Source: Burkholderiaceae bacterium
Lineage (GTDB): Bacteria; Pseudomonadota; Gammaproteobacteria; Burkholderiales; Burkholderiaceae_F
Length of the DNA stretch: 64,000 bases
NCBI GenBank assembly: GCA_035429725.1
Contig: DAOMFI010000002.1
Location: 13,324 to 77,323 of the forward strand
Direction: 5' to 3'
Shown: piece by piece, positions 17,521 through 27,257 of the stretch
How positions within the stretch are numbered: the first letter of the stretch is position 1
How the letters are laid out: every line of letters begins with the position of its first letter
Notes under the pieces: generated by a model
Told to the model about the DNA's origin: nothing
What the model saw: the letters and a program-made list of their open reading frames with translations, nothing else
Databases searched by the model: none
Position numbers and translations under genes: made by a program

Positions 17521-18951
17521 TCAGCCGCGGGCGGCGAGGCCTTCGGCCAGTTGGGCCGCGTCGGGCAGGCGGTCGAGCGAGAGCACTAGGTCACGAATCT
17601 CGGCCGCGCGGGCGCGCGATACGGCGAGCGTGGCGTTCTCCATGAACTTCTTCTCGACCTCGGCGTTGCTGATCGGCCGCTCGGCGGCCCCGCGGTTGAC
17701 TTCCTCGCGGTGGCGCAGCTCTCGCCCGTCGACCGTCGTCACGATCACCTCGCCCGAGTAGTACTTCGGGAACGGCGAGTCCGGATCGACCGCATACTCG
17801 ACGCGCCGGGCGAGCGCCAGCACGTCGGGATCGGCGAGCGCCGCGTCCTCGAGGTGCTGCAAGCCGAAGCTCCCGCGGGCGAGGGCGGTGGCCACGATGT
17901 ACGGAATGCTGAACTGGGCGTCGTAGCTGTTCTGCGGCTTCTGCTTCGTCGCGACCGGTTCGCACACGGTCTTGACCACCTCGGCGGGGACGAGCGCGCG
18001 CACCGACCGGATATCCGCGAGCTTCAGGTCGTGCTCGCGCCGCAGGATCGCGGCGGCATCGGCGCAGGCATGCGTGAAGTGGCAGGCGGGAATCGGCTTG
18101 ACCGTGACGCGCGGGACCTCCCACACCGCGCCGAGGCCGGCGGTGGCGAGTGCGAGGTCGATGTTGGACGCGTACTGCCCGAGATGGCTGGCGAACAGGC
18201 CGAAGCGACCCTCGTACGCCGCGCGCGGGCCGACAAAGCCATGGCGCGCCAGCGACGCCGCGCTCGCCCCCGCCATGGCGGCCCAGCCCGGGTGCATCCG
18301 CTTGGTCCACGCGCCGTCCTGCAGGAACTCCAGGCTGCCGGCGCCGACGGACAGCGCGATGCCCTGCGCCATCGCCATCTGCGACGCCGTCATCCCGTAC
18401 AGCCGCCCCGCGACGAGCGCGCAGGCGAATGCGCCGACGAGCCCGGTGGGATGAAAGCCGATCTGATGAAAGCCGCCACGTGCGACCGCGCCCAGCCGGG
18501 TCGCCGTTTCCATGCCCACGACATAGGCCGCCAGCGCCTCCAGTCCGGACGTGCCGAGTTGCGCGCCCACGCCCAGCGCGCAGGGAAAACAGCTGGCGGT
18601 GGCGTGGATCACGCCGGCGGCGTGGGTGTCGTCGTAGTCGAGGCCGTGCACGAGGATGCCGTTCATCAGCATCGCGTCGCGCGGCAGCAGCCTCTGCGGT
18701 AGCCCGATCACGGGCATGTTGCCGGCACCCGCCGACATCTCGCTCACGGCGGACAGCGCGCGGTGCGCGAAGTCGTAGCGGGTCGATGCGCAGGCGATGC
18801 CCACCGCATCGAGGATCAAGTACTTCGCTCGCTCGAGGACCGGGGAGGGGATGTCGCGCGCCTCGAGGTCGGCGGCAAACCCCGCGAGCGTTTCGGCGAT
18901 GGTCGGCTGCGAGGCCACGGCCGTGGCGGGAGGGTCGAACATGGCGGTCAT
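17521..18951 (-). CDS. MmgE/PrpD-family protein (paralog 1)
   Basis: 476 aa. LAGFAADLEARDIPSPVLERAKYLILDAVGIA, HGLDYDDTH, GFHPTG, KPIPACHFTH. Confidence 0.9.
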   Translation of the reverse strand: MTAMFDPPATAVASQPTIAETLAGFAADLEARDIPSPVLERAKYLILDAVGIACASTRYDFAHRALSAVSEMSAGAGNMPVIGLPQRLLPRDAMLMNGILVHGLDYDDTHAAGVIHATASCFPCALGVGAQLGTSGLEALAAYVVGMETATRLGAVARGGFHQIGFHPTGLVGAFACALVAGRLYGMTASQMAMAQGIALSVGAGSLEFLQDGAWTKRMHPGWAAMAGASAASLARHGFVGPRAAYEGRFGLFASHLGQYASNIDLALATAGLGAVWEVPRVTVKPIPACHFTHACADAAAILRREHDLKLADIRSVRALVPAEVVKTVCEPVATKQKPQNSYDAQFSIPYIVATALARGSFGLQHLEDAALADPDVLALARRVEYAVDPDSPFPKYYSGEVIVTTVDGRELRHREEVNRGAAERPISNAEVEKKFMENATLAVSRARAAEIRDLVLSLDRLPDAAQLAEGLAARG

Positions 18952-18963
18952 GGAGGTCCCTGC

Positions 18964-19485
18964 TCAGGAGGTCGGCTGCGCGCGCGCGGCGAGGTCCTCG
19001 ACCGCGTGGCCGCGCTTGGGGATCAGGGCGGAGCGCACGAACGTCATCACGACCGTGCCGTCAGCCTTCCGTCCGGTCGTGCGTACCGTCACGATGCCCT
19101 GCGTCGGGCGGGACTTCGATTCGCGCTTGTCGATGACCTCGGATTCCGCGTAGAGCGTGTCGCCCGGATGCACGGGTGCGACGAGCTTGATGTCGGTCCA
19201 GCCGAGGTTGGCGATCGCCTTGCCGCTGACGTCCGCCACGGTCATGCCCACGACGATGGCGAGCGTGAAGGCGCTGTTGACAAGCGGCTTGCCGAATTCG
19301 CTGTGCGCCGCGAACGCGGAGTCGCAGTGCATCGGATGCTGATTCATGGTCAGCAGCGAGAAGTGGATGTTGTCCGTCTCAGTGATGGTGCGGCCGGGGA
19401 AATGCTCGTAGACGTCGCCGACGACGAAGTCCTCGAGGTAGCGGCCGATCGTGGTCCGGTAGCGGGCGGGTGCGGTTCGGTCCAT
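18964..19485 (-). CDS. MaoC-like (R)-specific enoyl-CoA hydratase / dehydratase
   Basis: 173 aa single hot-dog fold with the DNIHFSLLTMNQHPMHCD motif. Confidence 0.88.
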   Translation of the reverse strand: MDRTAPARYRTTIGRYLEDFVVGDVYEHFPGRTITETDNIHFSLLTMNQHPMHCDSAFAAHSEFGKPLVNSAFTLAIVVGMTVADVSGKAIANLGWTDIKLVAPVHPGDTLYAESEVIDKRESKSRPTQGIVTVRTTGRKADGTVVMTFVRSALIPKRGHAVEDLAARAQPTS

Positions 19486-19508
19486 CGGCGCTCCAGCTCT
19501 TGTCCAAA

Positions 19509-19644
19509 TGTCCGCACATTATATTGATACCGCGTCGGCTCAGCGTCAATCGGGAAGGAGCGGAATTGTTGCGAAGCAGCGAAGAGGTCAACGGAACTTT
19601 TCCTTTGACAGTAGGGCCGTTTCGCGTCTACTTTGTCCGGACAA
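19509..19644. promoter_or_regulatory. divergent promoter region with two related TGT-N4-ACA dyads (candidate GntR/HutC operators)
   Basis: TGTCCGCACA (19509-19518) lies 24-33 bp upstream of the MaoC start. The perfect palindrome TTGTCCGGACAA (19633-19644) lies upstream of the TRAP genes. Confidence 0.35.
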
Positions 19645-19686
19645 CCGATCTTTTGCCCCAACAAGGCCCGCCTGCTTTCCATAACA

Positions 19687-20184
19687 GTGATACGAAGAGC
19701 ACTTCGCGCCTTGATGACCGGCGTGCAGATGATTTGCGCGCTGTGTGTACTCGGCATGGGCGTCGCGGTCGCCTACGAGATCCTGGCCCGCACGGTGCTG
19801 GGCGAGCCGACGGTATGGTCTCAGGAGATTTCAATCTACCTGCTGATCGCTGTTGCCTTCCTCGGCCTCGCGCCGACGCTCGCGTCCGACGAGCACATCC
19901 GGATCGATCTGTTCACGCGCAGGCTCGGCAGCCGCGCCAGTCGTGCGCTGCGTGCGGCGGCGATGCTGGCGATTGCGACCTACGCGGCGGTGGCCGCCTA
20001 CGGGGGTATCGAGATCGTCCGGCATTCAGTGCGCTTCGGGAGGCGCTCGTTGACGCTCCTCGGCGTTCCCGTCTGGATACCGCAGATGCTGGTTCCGATC
20101 GGCATGGCGCTGCTGTGCCTCGTGGCGCTGGCTGGTTTCTGGGCGCTGCTGACGGGCGAGGAGCCCCCAGGAGCGAATGGCTGA
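19687..20184 (+). CDS. TRAP transporter small permease (DctQ family)
   Basis: Four hydrophobic helices, and it overlaps the start of the DctM gene. The start is uncertain: GTG 19687, ATG 19714 and TTG 19633 are all possible. Confidence 0.8.
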   Translation: MIRRALRALMTGVQMICALCVLGMGVAVAYEILARTVLGEPTVWSQEISIYLLIAVAFLGLAPTLASDEHIRIDLFTRRLGSRASRALRAAAMLAIATYAAVAAYGGIEIVRHSVRFGRRSLTLLGVPVWIPQMLVPIGMALLCLVALAGFWALLTGEEPPGANG

Positions 20185-21460
20185 CTTCGGCATCATCGTT
20201 GCGGTGCTATGTGCTCTGCTCGTGCTCGGGTTTCCGGTCGCCTTTGCTCTCGGCATCGCGGGAGCCGTCGGCCTGGTCCTCACGGACCAGTCGCTGGAGA
20301 TCATTCCCGAGGTCTTGTATTCGGCGGCCGACAGCTTCGTGCTGCTTGCCATACCGCTGTTCGTTCTGATGAGCCGCATCCTGATGAAGGCCGGGATCAG
20401 CGACGAACTCTTCGCGCTCATCAACGCGTTCGTGCGTCACGTGGCCGGGGGCATGGCGGCGGGGGCAGTGCTGTGCTGCGCGTTCTTTGCGGCGATTTCG
20501 GGCTCGAGCGTCACGAACGCTGCCGCGGTCGGCATGGTTGCCATTCCGGCGCTCGTCAAGCATGGATATCCGAAGCGGTTCGCTGCCGGCCTGGTGGCTG
20601 CCGGGGGCACACTCGGCATCCTCATTCCACCGTCCATTCCTTTCATCGTGTACGGCGCAATCACCGATCAGTCGGTGGGAGCGTTGTTCCTGGCTGGCGT
20701 CGTTCCGGGGCTCGTGGTGACGGTGCTGATCCTCGTCTACGCGGTCGCGGTTTCGCGGCTGCGTGGCTACGGCACACCGGGTCCACCGATTCCTTGGGGG
20801 GAGCGCCTTGGCCTGCTGCTGCGCAATGTCCCGGTGCTCGCCCTGCCGGTCCTGATACTCGGCGGCATTTACAGCGGTGTCTTCACGCCGACCGAGGCCG
20901 CAGCGGCTGCGCTCGTGCTTGCCGAGATCCTCGCTTCGACCTACTTCCGGCGCCTGTCGTTGAAGATGTTGTGGGAGGCGACCAGGGAGACGGTCAACGT
21001 CTCGGTGATGATCCTCACGATCGTGGCAGGCGCGAAACTCTTCGGTCATGTCAGTACGACGATGCAGATTCCGCAGGGTTTCGCCGACTGGATACAGGCG
21101 GCGAACATCGGGCAGTTCGAGTTCATCGCCGCGGTCATGATCCTGCTGATCTTCCTCGGCGACTTCCTGGATCCGATCTCGATCATCCTGATAGTGGTGC
21201 CAGTGCTGCTGCCCGCACTCACGGCCCTGCAGATCGATCCGATCTGGTTCGGCGTGCTTATCGTGATCAACATGGAGCTCGCCAACATCACGCCGCCGGT
21301 CGGACTGAACCTCTTCGTGATTCAGGCGATCCAGAAAGACATCAGCTTTCAGGAAGTGCTGCGGGGCACTGTCCCCTTCATGTTCGCGATAGTCGTCGCG
21401 CTGTTGCTGATCTGGTGGGAGCCGCGGCTCGCAACATGGCTGCCTGCCATGGCACGTTGA
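20177..21460 (+). CDS. TRAP transporter large permease (DctM family)
   Basis: 427 aa polytopic membrane protein with an AGGAG RBS. Typical DctM N-terminus and SGSSVTNAAAVG segment. Confidence 0.92.
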   Translation: MADFGIIVAVLCALLVLGFPVAFALGIAGAVGLVLTDQSLEIIPEVLYSAADSFVLLAIPLFVLMSRILMKAGISDELFALINAFVRHVAGGMAAGAVLCCAFFAAISGSSVTNAAAVGMVAIPALVKHGYPKRFAAGLVAAGGTLGILIPPSIPFIVYGAITDQSVGALFLAGVVPGLVVTVLILVYAVAVSRLRGYGTPGPPIPWGERLGLLLRNVPVLALPVLILGGIYSGVFTPTEAAAAALVLAEILASTYFRRLSLKMLWEATRETVNVSVMILTIVAGAKLFGHVSTTMQIPQGFADWIQAANIGQFEFIAAVMILLIFLGDFLDPISIILIVVPVLLPALTALQIDPIWFGVLIVINMELANITPPVGLNLFVIQAIQKDISFQEVLRGTVPFMFAIVVALLLIWWEPRLATWLPAMAR

Positions 21461-21476
21461 AGCGTAAGGAGAGCAA

Positions 21477-22877
21477 GTGGGCAATTCCACGATTTCGCGG
21501 ACGCTTGGCGACTTCGTCGCTGGTCTGCGTTTCGCCGATCTGCCGCCCGAGGTCGTCGAAAATGCAAAGGTACGCGTGCTGGACACCGTCGGGGTGTGCC
21601 TCGCGAGCGTCGGAGCGCCCTACGCCGAGGCCGTGTTCGACCTATGCGCGGAGCAGGGCGCAGCGACGACCGCGGCTGCCTTCGGCAAGGCGCGCCGGAT
21701 GCCGGAAGTCTGGGCAGCGCTGTACAACGGTTCGCTCGCTCATGGCAACGACTACGACGACACGCACAGCGAATCGATCGTTCACATCGGGGGCGTGGCC
21801 GTGCCGACCGCGGTGGCGTTGGCCGAGAAGGTGGGCGGCTCCGGCCGGGACCTGTTGACCGCCGTCGTGGCCGGGTACGAGGTTGCGGCGCGGATCGGTG
21901 CAGCGGCGTCCAAGGGACTTCACGCTCAGGGCTTCCACCCGACGGGGGTGTGTGGAGCGTTTTCGGCCGCGGCGGTGGCGGGCAAGCTGATGGGCCTGAG
22001 CGGCGCTCAACTGGCGAACGCCTTCGGCGTCGCGGGAAGTCAGGCGTCTGGATCGCTCGAATTCCTCAGCGACGGCGCGTGGACCAAGCGCATACACCCC
22101 GGATGGGCCGCGCACGCCGGCATCATCGCGGCCGGGCTGGCGCGCCGCGGCTTTCGCGGGCCGGCCTTCGAGTTTGAGGGCCGCTACAGCCTCTACGCGC
22201 TTTACGCGACCAACACCAAGCCGGACCTCGCACGCGCGACGCGAGGACTGGGAACGGAATGGGAGATTCTTGACACAGACGTCAAGCCATACCCGTGCGG
22301 GCACATCAGTCATCCCTATATGGATTGCGCGCTCCGGCTGCGCGACGAGCACGGCTTGACGCCGGAGCAGATCGACTCGATCGAACTGCACGTGCCGGCT
22401 GCAGCGGTCCCGATCCTTCTCGAGCCCATCGCCGACAAGCGACGCCCGGCCAGTTCCTACGCTGCGCGCTTCAGCATGCCGTACGCCGTGGCAGTGATCC
22501 TCACACGCGGTCGCGCGGGGATCGACGAGTTTTCGGACGAGGCGATCCGCGATCCGGCAGCGTCGATGTTGTGCGATCGGACAACCTACCTGATCGACGA
22601 TACGTTGCCTTTCCCGCACACCTTTCCAGGGTCCCTGCGCCTCCGGCTGAAGGACGGCCGCGAACTGGAGGCCCGCATGGATGCCTCTCGCGGATCACGC
22701 GAGATTCCGATGACGCCGGCAGAGCTGCGCCAGAAGTTCACTGACAACGCGCGGCGAGCGCTGCCGGCGCAACGCGTCGACGCGCTTTGGGACGCCGGTC
22801 AGGCGCTCGAGCGAGCCGGCGACATTCGCGAGTTTTCCAACCTGACGACCGTGTCATCGATGACGGAGCAATCATGA
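21477..22877 (+). CDS. MmgE/PrpD-family protein (paralog 2)
   Basis: 466 aa, AAGGAGA RBS plus GTG start. HGNDYDDTH, GFHPTG, KPYPCGHISH. Confidence 0.9.
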   Translation: MGNSTISRTLGDFVAGLRFADLPPEVVENAKVRVLDTVGVCLASVGAPYAEAVFDLCAEQGAATTAAAFGKARRMPEVWAALYNGSLAHGNDYDDTHSESIVHIGGVAVPTAVALAEKVGGSGRDLLTAVVAGYEVAARIGAAASKGLHAQGFHPTGVCGAFSAAAVAGKLMGLSGAQLANAFGVAGSQASGSLEFLSDGAWTKRIHPGWAAHAGIIAAGLARRGFRGPAFEFEGRYSLYALYATNTKPDLARATRGLGTEWEILDTDVKPYPCGHISHPYMDCALRLRDEHGLTPEQIDSIELHVPAAAVPILLEPIADKRRPASSYAARFSMPYAVAVILTRGRAGIDEFSDEAIRDPAASMLCDRTTYLIDDTLPFPHTFPGSLRLRLKDGRELEARMDASRGSREIPMTPAELRQKFTDNARRALPAQRVDALWDAGQALERAGDIREFSNLTTVSSMTEQS

Positions 22878-23878
22878 AGCGATCCTTTCTGCGATACCTC
22901 ATCACCTCGTCCGTTGCGCTGACCGTGGCCGTCCTGGCTGGCACGGTGCACGCCCAGGCCCTCCGGATCCGAATCACCAACCAGTTGCCACCAAGCTCGC
23001 CAATGTCCCGGGGACTGGAGCTGTGGAAGGACAAGGTAGAGAAGGGCTCCCAGGGCCGCATCCGGGTGGAGCTTTAGCCGAGCAGTCAGTTGTACAAGGA
23101 CAACGAGGTCATTCCGGCCGTGCAGAAGAAGAACATTGAAGCAGGACTCGTCGTCGCCGGACAGTTCTCGGCCTTCGATCCGATGTTCGCGGTCTTCGAC
23201 CTGCCGGGACTGTTCACTTCCTACCCGCAGGCGATCCGCGCAATCGATGGTCAGCTCGGCGAGCAGCTCGCGGCGCGCATGTCCAAGCTCGGGGTGCATC
23301 CGCTGTACTGGGCGCAGCAGGGGTTCGTCGAGGTTGCCACGGTCCGCAAACCGGTCAATGCCCCGTCCGACTTGAAAGGGATGAAGCTGCGGGTGCACAG
23401 TCGCGAGCTGGCGCGCATGGCCCAGCTGAACGGCGCGGCACCAACGACGATCGCGGCGTCCGAGGTTTCGACTGCACTGTCCCAAGGAACCGTCGACGGC
23501 ATCACCACCAGCATCTCTTCTTACGAGGCGCGCAAGTGGTTCGAAGGCGCCCCCAACGCGACGAACTCCAAGTTCGGCCTGGTGGCCATCGTCATAATCA
23601 TCAACCAGGACGTCTGGAACGGCCTGCCACAGGACCTCAAAGGGGTTTTGGCCGAGGCGTCTCGCGCGGCGAGCGCCTATTCGACGCAGCGGGTACTTCA
23701 AGAGGAGGGTGAGATCTTCTCGCGCCTGACGAAGGCAAACGTGAAAGTGACGCAGTTCGACGCGAAGGGGCGGGCTGAATTCGAGACCCGCACGAGGCCA
23801 ATGTATGACGAGTTCTACAAGGTCACTGGCAACGATGGGCGCATCGTCGTGAAGTACGTGCAGGGGCTACGGGAGTAG
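22874..23878 (+). pseudogene. TRAP solute-binding protein (DctP family) interrupted by an in-frame TAG
   Basis: The signal peptide MKRSFLRYLITSSVALTVAVLAGTVHAQA and the N-terminal lobe end at TAG 23075-23077. The same frame continues with PSSQLYKDNEVIPAVQ... through the rest of the DctP fold. ATGA overlap with the upstream gene. Confidence 0.85.
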
Positions 23879-23896
23879 AGACTTTCGCGTTCGTCA

Positions 23897-25057
23897 TCAG
23901 CCCGCGCCGGCGGTCGGGCCTTGCGGGAACTTGCGCTCGAACACTTCCTCGGCGACGCGGTTCTTCAGCATCTCGATCGAACCGCCGGCGATCATCCAGC
24001 CGCGGCAGCGGCGCAGGCAGTACTCGACGAGCGACTCCTGGCTATAGCCCAGTCCGCCCATCACCTGCATCGCCTCGTTGGCCACCTCGAATCCGGCCTG
24101 GTTGCAGGCGATCTTCGCGATGGCGGTGTCGAGTGCCGACGGGAATCCCCGGTCGGCGCCGGTCGCGGCCCGGTAAAGCAGCAACTGGGCGCCGTCGAGC
24201 TTCACCTTCATGTCGGCGAACTTCCACTGCAGCCCCTGGAACTCGCACAGCAGCCGGCCGAACTGCTTGCGCTGCGTCGCCCACCCCTTCGCTTCGTCGT
24301 ACGCATAGCGACCGAGCGACAGCGCGCGCGCGGAATTGCCGAGCCGTTCGACGTTGAAGCCCTTCATCTGCTTCTTGAAGCCGCCGGCCTGCAGCACGAC
24401 CTGTTCGTCGTCCACGTAGACATCGTCGAAGAAGATTTCCGCCCATTCCTCGCCCGACATGAACTTCGAACGCTGCCCGATGCGCACGCCGTCCGCGTTC
24501 AGTTCGATCAGCACCGAACCGATGCCGGCCACGCCGGGGCCGAAGCGGCAATAGGCCAGCATGAAGTCGGCGTTCGGCCCGTGCGTGGTGAACACCTTGG
24601 AACCGTTGATCCGCCAGCCGCGCCCGTCGCACGTCGCATGGCTCTTCAATTCCGTCACGGCCGAACCGGCCTCCGGTTCGGTCATTCCGACGGAGATCAG
24701 CGCTTCGCCGGAGAGCAGGGGACGCAGGTAACGGTCCTTCTGTGCGGGAGTTCCGTACTCGGCCAGCACGCGGATCGCCCCGAAGTTGCCGGCGTGGATC
24801 ACGTCCGCGCTGCGCGGGCAGGCCGAGGCGATCGCCTCGATCGCGACCACCGCGTCCATCACGGTGCCGCCGACGCCGCCGTCGGCCTCGGCGATGGTAA
24901 TGCCGAGCAGTCCCTGGGACGCCATGCGCCGCGCCACGTCGCGCGGGTATTCGCCCGCATGCGCCCGGGCCAGTGCGCCCGGTTTCAGTTCGCTCGCCGC
25001 GAAGCGGGCGACGGAGTCGCGGAAGGTGACTTGTTCTTCGGTCAGTCCAAAGCTCAA
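23897..25057 (-). CDS. acyl-CoA dehydrogenase
   Basis: GMTEPEAGSAVTEL, GSKVFTTHG, MGGLGYSQESLVEYCLRRCRGWMIAGGSIEMLK. The TTG start at 25057 follows AGGAGGG. The longer ORF to 25138 would overlap the upstream GntR gene. Confidence 0.85.
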   Translation of the reverse strand: MSFGLTEEQVTFRDSVARFAASELKPGALARAHAGEYPRDVARRMASQGLLGITIAEADGGVGGTVMDAVVAIEAIASACPRSADVIHAGNFGAIRVLAEYGTPAQKDRYLRPLLSGEALISVGMTEPEAGSAVTELKSHATCDGRGWRINGSKVFTTHGPNADFMLAYCRFGPGVAGIGSVLIELNADGVRIGQRSKFMSGEEWAEIFFDDVYVDDEQVVLQAGGFKKQMKGFNVERLGNSARALSLGRYAYDEAKGWATQRKQFGRLLCEFQGLQWKFADMKVKLDGAQLLLYRAATGADRGFPSALDTAIAKIACNQAGFEVANEAMQVMGGLGYSQESLVEYCLRRCRGWMIAGGSIEMLKNRVAEEVFERKFPQGPTAGAG

Positions 25058-25076
25058 TTTCCCTCCTGCGGAGGTG

Positions 25077-25847
25077 TCAGAATCCGGTTGGACGCTCTTC
25101 GAGCGTATTGAGAAGAGCGTCGCGGGCGCCGCTGACATGAGCGCGCAGCGACTTCTCAGCCCGCGCGAGGTCGTTCGCCTTCAGCGCGTTGAGCAGTTCC
25201 AGATGGTCGGCGTTGGCCTTCGACCCGCGGTCGGCGCGGTAACCCTCGATGCGACGCTTCAGCGTGATCCGCTCGAAGGTCTGGGCAAGCAGGCGCACGA
25301 GATACCGGTTGCCCGACTGCTCGGCCAGCCGCAGGTGCATCTCCGCGTCGGTCATCAGCCGCTCGCGCAGGTTCCCTTCGTCGAGCAGCGCCTGGTACCG
25401 GTCCATCAGTTGCGCGAGTTCCCCCAGGAATTTCCTGGGCAGGGGCCCCTTGGTCATCGACTGGCGCAGTGCGTGGATCTCGAGCGCTTCGCGCGCGTCG
25501 TACAGGTCGCGCGCCTCTTCGTGCGTCATTTCCGCGACATAGAACCCGCGCCGGGGCAACCGGGTCACGAAGCCTTCCTGGTACAGCCGTTCCAGCGCCT
25601 CGCGCACCGGCGTGCGCGAGACATTCAGGTAGGTGGCAAGGTCCTGGTGCACGAGTTTGCGACCGGGCCGCGCTTCGCCCGACAGGATCATTCCCTTGAT
25701 GTTGTTGTAGGTGGTCTGGCTGCTGCTCAGTTCCTCGTCGTCGTCGGCGCCATTGCCGAAACCGTGAAAGGCGGGCGCAGTGCCCGGAGAGATCGTTCCG
25801 CTTCGCGACTTGCGCGCACGTTTGGCGATGGCTTCTCTTGCCTTCAT
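25077..25847 (-). CDS. GntR-family transcriptional regulator (FadR/FCD subfamily)
   Basis: wHTH LVHQDLATYLNVSRTPVREALERLYQEGFVTRLPRRGFYV plus an all-helical FCD-like C-terminal domain. Confidence 0.88.
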   Translation of the reverse strand: MKAREAIAKRARKSRSGTISPGTAPAFHGFGNGADDDEELSSSQTTYNNIKGMILSGEARPGRKLVHQDLATYLNVSRTPVREALERLYQEGFVTRLPRRGFYVAEMTHEEARDLYDAREALEIHALRQSMTKGPLPRKFLGELAQLMDRYQALLDEGNLRERLMTDAEMHLRLAEQSGNRYLVRLLAQTFERITLKRRIEGYRADRGSKANADHLELLNALKANDLARAEKSLRAHVSGARDALLNTLEERPTGF

Positions 25848-26066
25848 ATTTCTTCTTCCCCCTTTTTTCCGCCCGGTCTTGCCGGCAAACTGTCAGCTGC
25901 CTGCTGCGCTGCAGCGGAGAGGATGAAATATTAGATTAAGTTTCGCGCGCCATATTGCATCCAATCTAACATGAAAGATAGAATCCAAAAAGAGACTTCG
26001 CAGTGGATGCATTGGCGCGCCGGCCGTGCTTCCGCTCCTTGCAACGGTGGATTCCTGGAGACAGAC

Positions 26067-27242
26067 ATGCCCCTCGACATAGTGCAGCACGGCAAGCGCG
26101 TTCAGAACTCGGTCATCACCGACGAGATGATCGAAAAGGTCAACAAGCTGGTCGGGGTCTGGCTGCGTCGCGACATCCACTTCCCGGGCATTGCCGAGCC
26201 GCTGTCGCTGCAGGACATCCGGCGCTGGGCCGTCTACAGCGTCGGCGATGACAACCCGCTGTGGTGCGACAGCGAGTACGCGAAGCGCACGATTTATGGT
26301 CTGAACATCGCGCCGCCCACGTTCCTTTACTCGATCGACAGCGGCATCGTGGCCCCGGGCCTCGCGGGCGTGCAGTGGATCTTCGCCGGCGGCACCTGGG
26401 ACCTCTACAAGCCCATCAAGGTCGGCCACACCCTCACCGCGCGAGCGCGGCTGATGCGCGTCGAGGTGAAGGAAGGCAAGCGCGTGCCGCGTTTCGTGAA
26501 CCAGGTCGGCGAAGTGCTGTACTACAACCAGAACGACGAGCTGGTCGGCCGCTATGAGAGCAACATCTTTCGTATCCCGCGCGCGGCCACGGGCGTCGGC
26601 TTCAAGTTCGACGCCAGCGAACGCCCGACGGACAAGCCGTACAGCTATTCCGACCAGGAGATCGAGGAGATCGCCGCGCACTACCGCAACGAGAAGCCGC
26701 GCGGCGCCGACCCCCGCTACTGGGAAGACGTGCAGATCGGCGATGCGCTGCCGATGGTGCTGAAGGGCCCGCTGACGCTGGTCGACATCGTCGGCTTCTA
26801 CGCCGGGCGCCGGCAGGTCTACAACGTATTGAAGCTTGCGTTCGCCGAGCGCGACCGCCATCCCGGAAACGTCTACTTCTCGCCGTCGATCAACTATCCC
26901 GTGCATCCGGCGGCAGGCCATTTCGACGTCGAGATCGCCACTGAGGTTGGCATGCCCGGCGCGTACGACCAAGGCTGGCAGCGCATGAACTGGGGCGCGC
27001 ACCTGATCACAAACTACATCGGCGACCACGGTTTCGTGCGGCAGTTCAGCGGGCGCGTGTTGATGCCCAACCTGGTCGGCGACCTGACGAAGCTCAACGG
27101 CAAGGTGGTCGGCAAGAGCAAGGAGAACGGCGAGGCGGTGGCCGACATCGAGTGGTGGGGCACCAACCAGTACGGAAAGAAGAACTGCGAGGGCACCGCG
27201 CGCGTGCGCCTGCCTTCGCGCGACGTCTCGCTGCGCTGCTGA
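26067..27242 (+). CDS. double hot-dog (FAS1-like N-terminal plus MaoC-like C-terminal) acyl-CoA hydratase/dehydratase
   Basis: 391 aa from ATG 26067 (GGAG RBS). Two hot-dog halves, with DDNPLWCD in the first and GMPGAYDQGWQR in the second. Confidence 0.75.
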   Translation: MPLDIVQHGKRVQNSVITDEMIEKVNKLVGVWLRRDIHFPGIAEPLSLQDIRRWAVYSVGDDNPLWCDSEYAKRTIYGLNIAPPTFLYSIDSGIVAPGLAGVQWIFAGGTWDLYKPIKVGHTLTARARLMRVEVKEGKRVPRFVNQVGEVLYYNQNDELVGRYESNIFRIPRAATGVGFKFDASERPTDKPYSYSDQEIEEIAAHYRNEKPRGADPRYWEDVQIGDALPMVLKGPLTLVDIVGFYAGRRQVYNVLKLAFAERDRHPGNVYFSPSINYPVHPAAGHFDVEIATEVGMPGAYDQGWQRMNWGAHLITNYIGDHGFVRQFSGRVLMPNLVGDLTKLNGKVVGKSKENGEAVADIEWWGTNQYGKKNCEGTARVRLPSRDVSLRC

Positions 27243-27257
27243 GCCGGGCCGCCGGAC

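Noticed and set aside
23075-23077. TAG as programmed recoding (pyrrolysine or regulated read-through)
   Set aside because: No pyl genes or recoding signals are visible in this window. A simple nonsense mutation or a base-call error is far more parsimonious.
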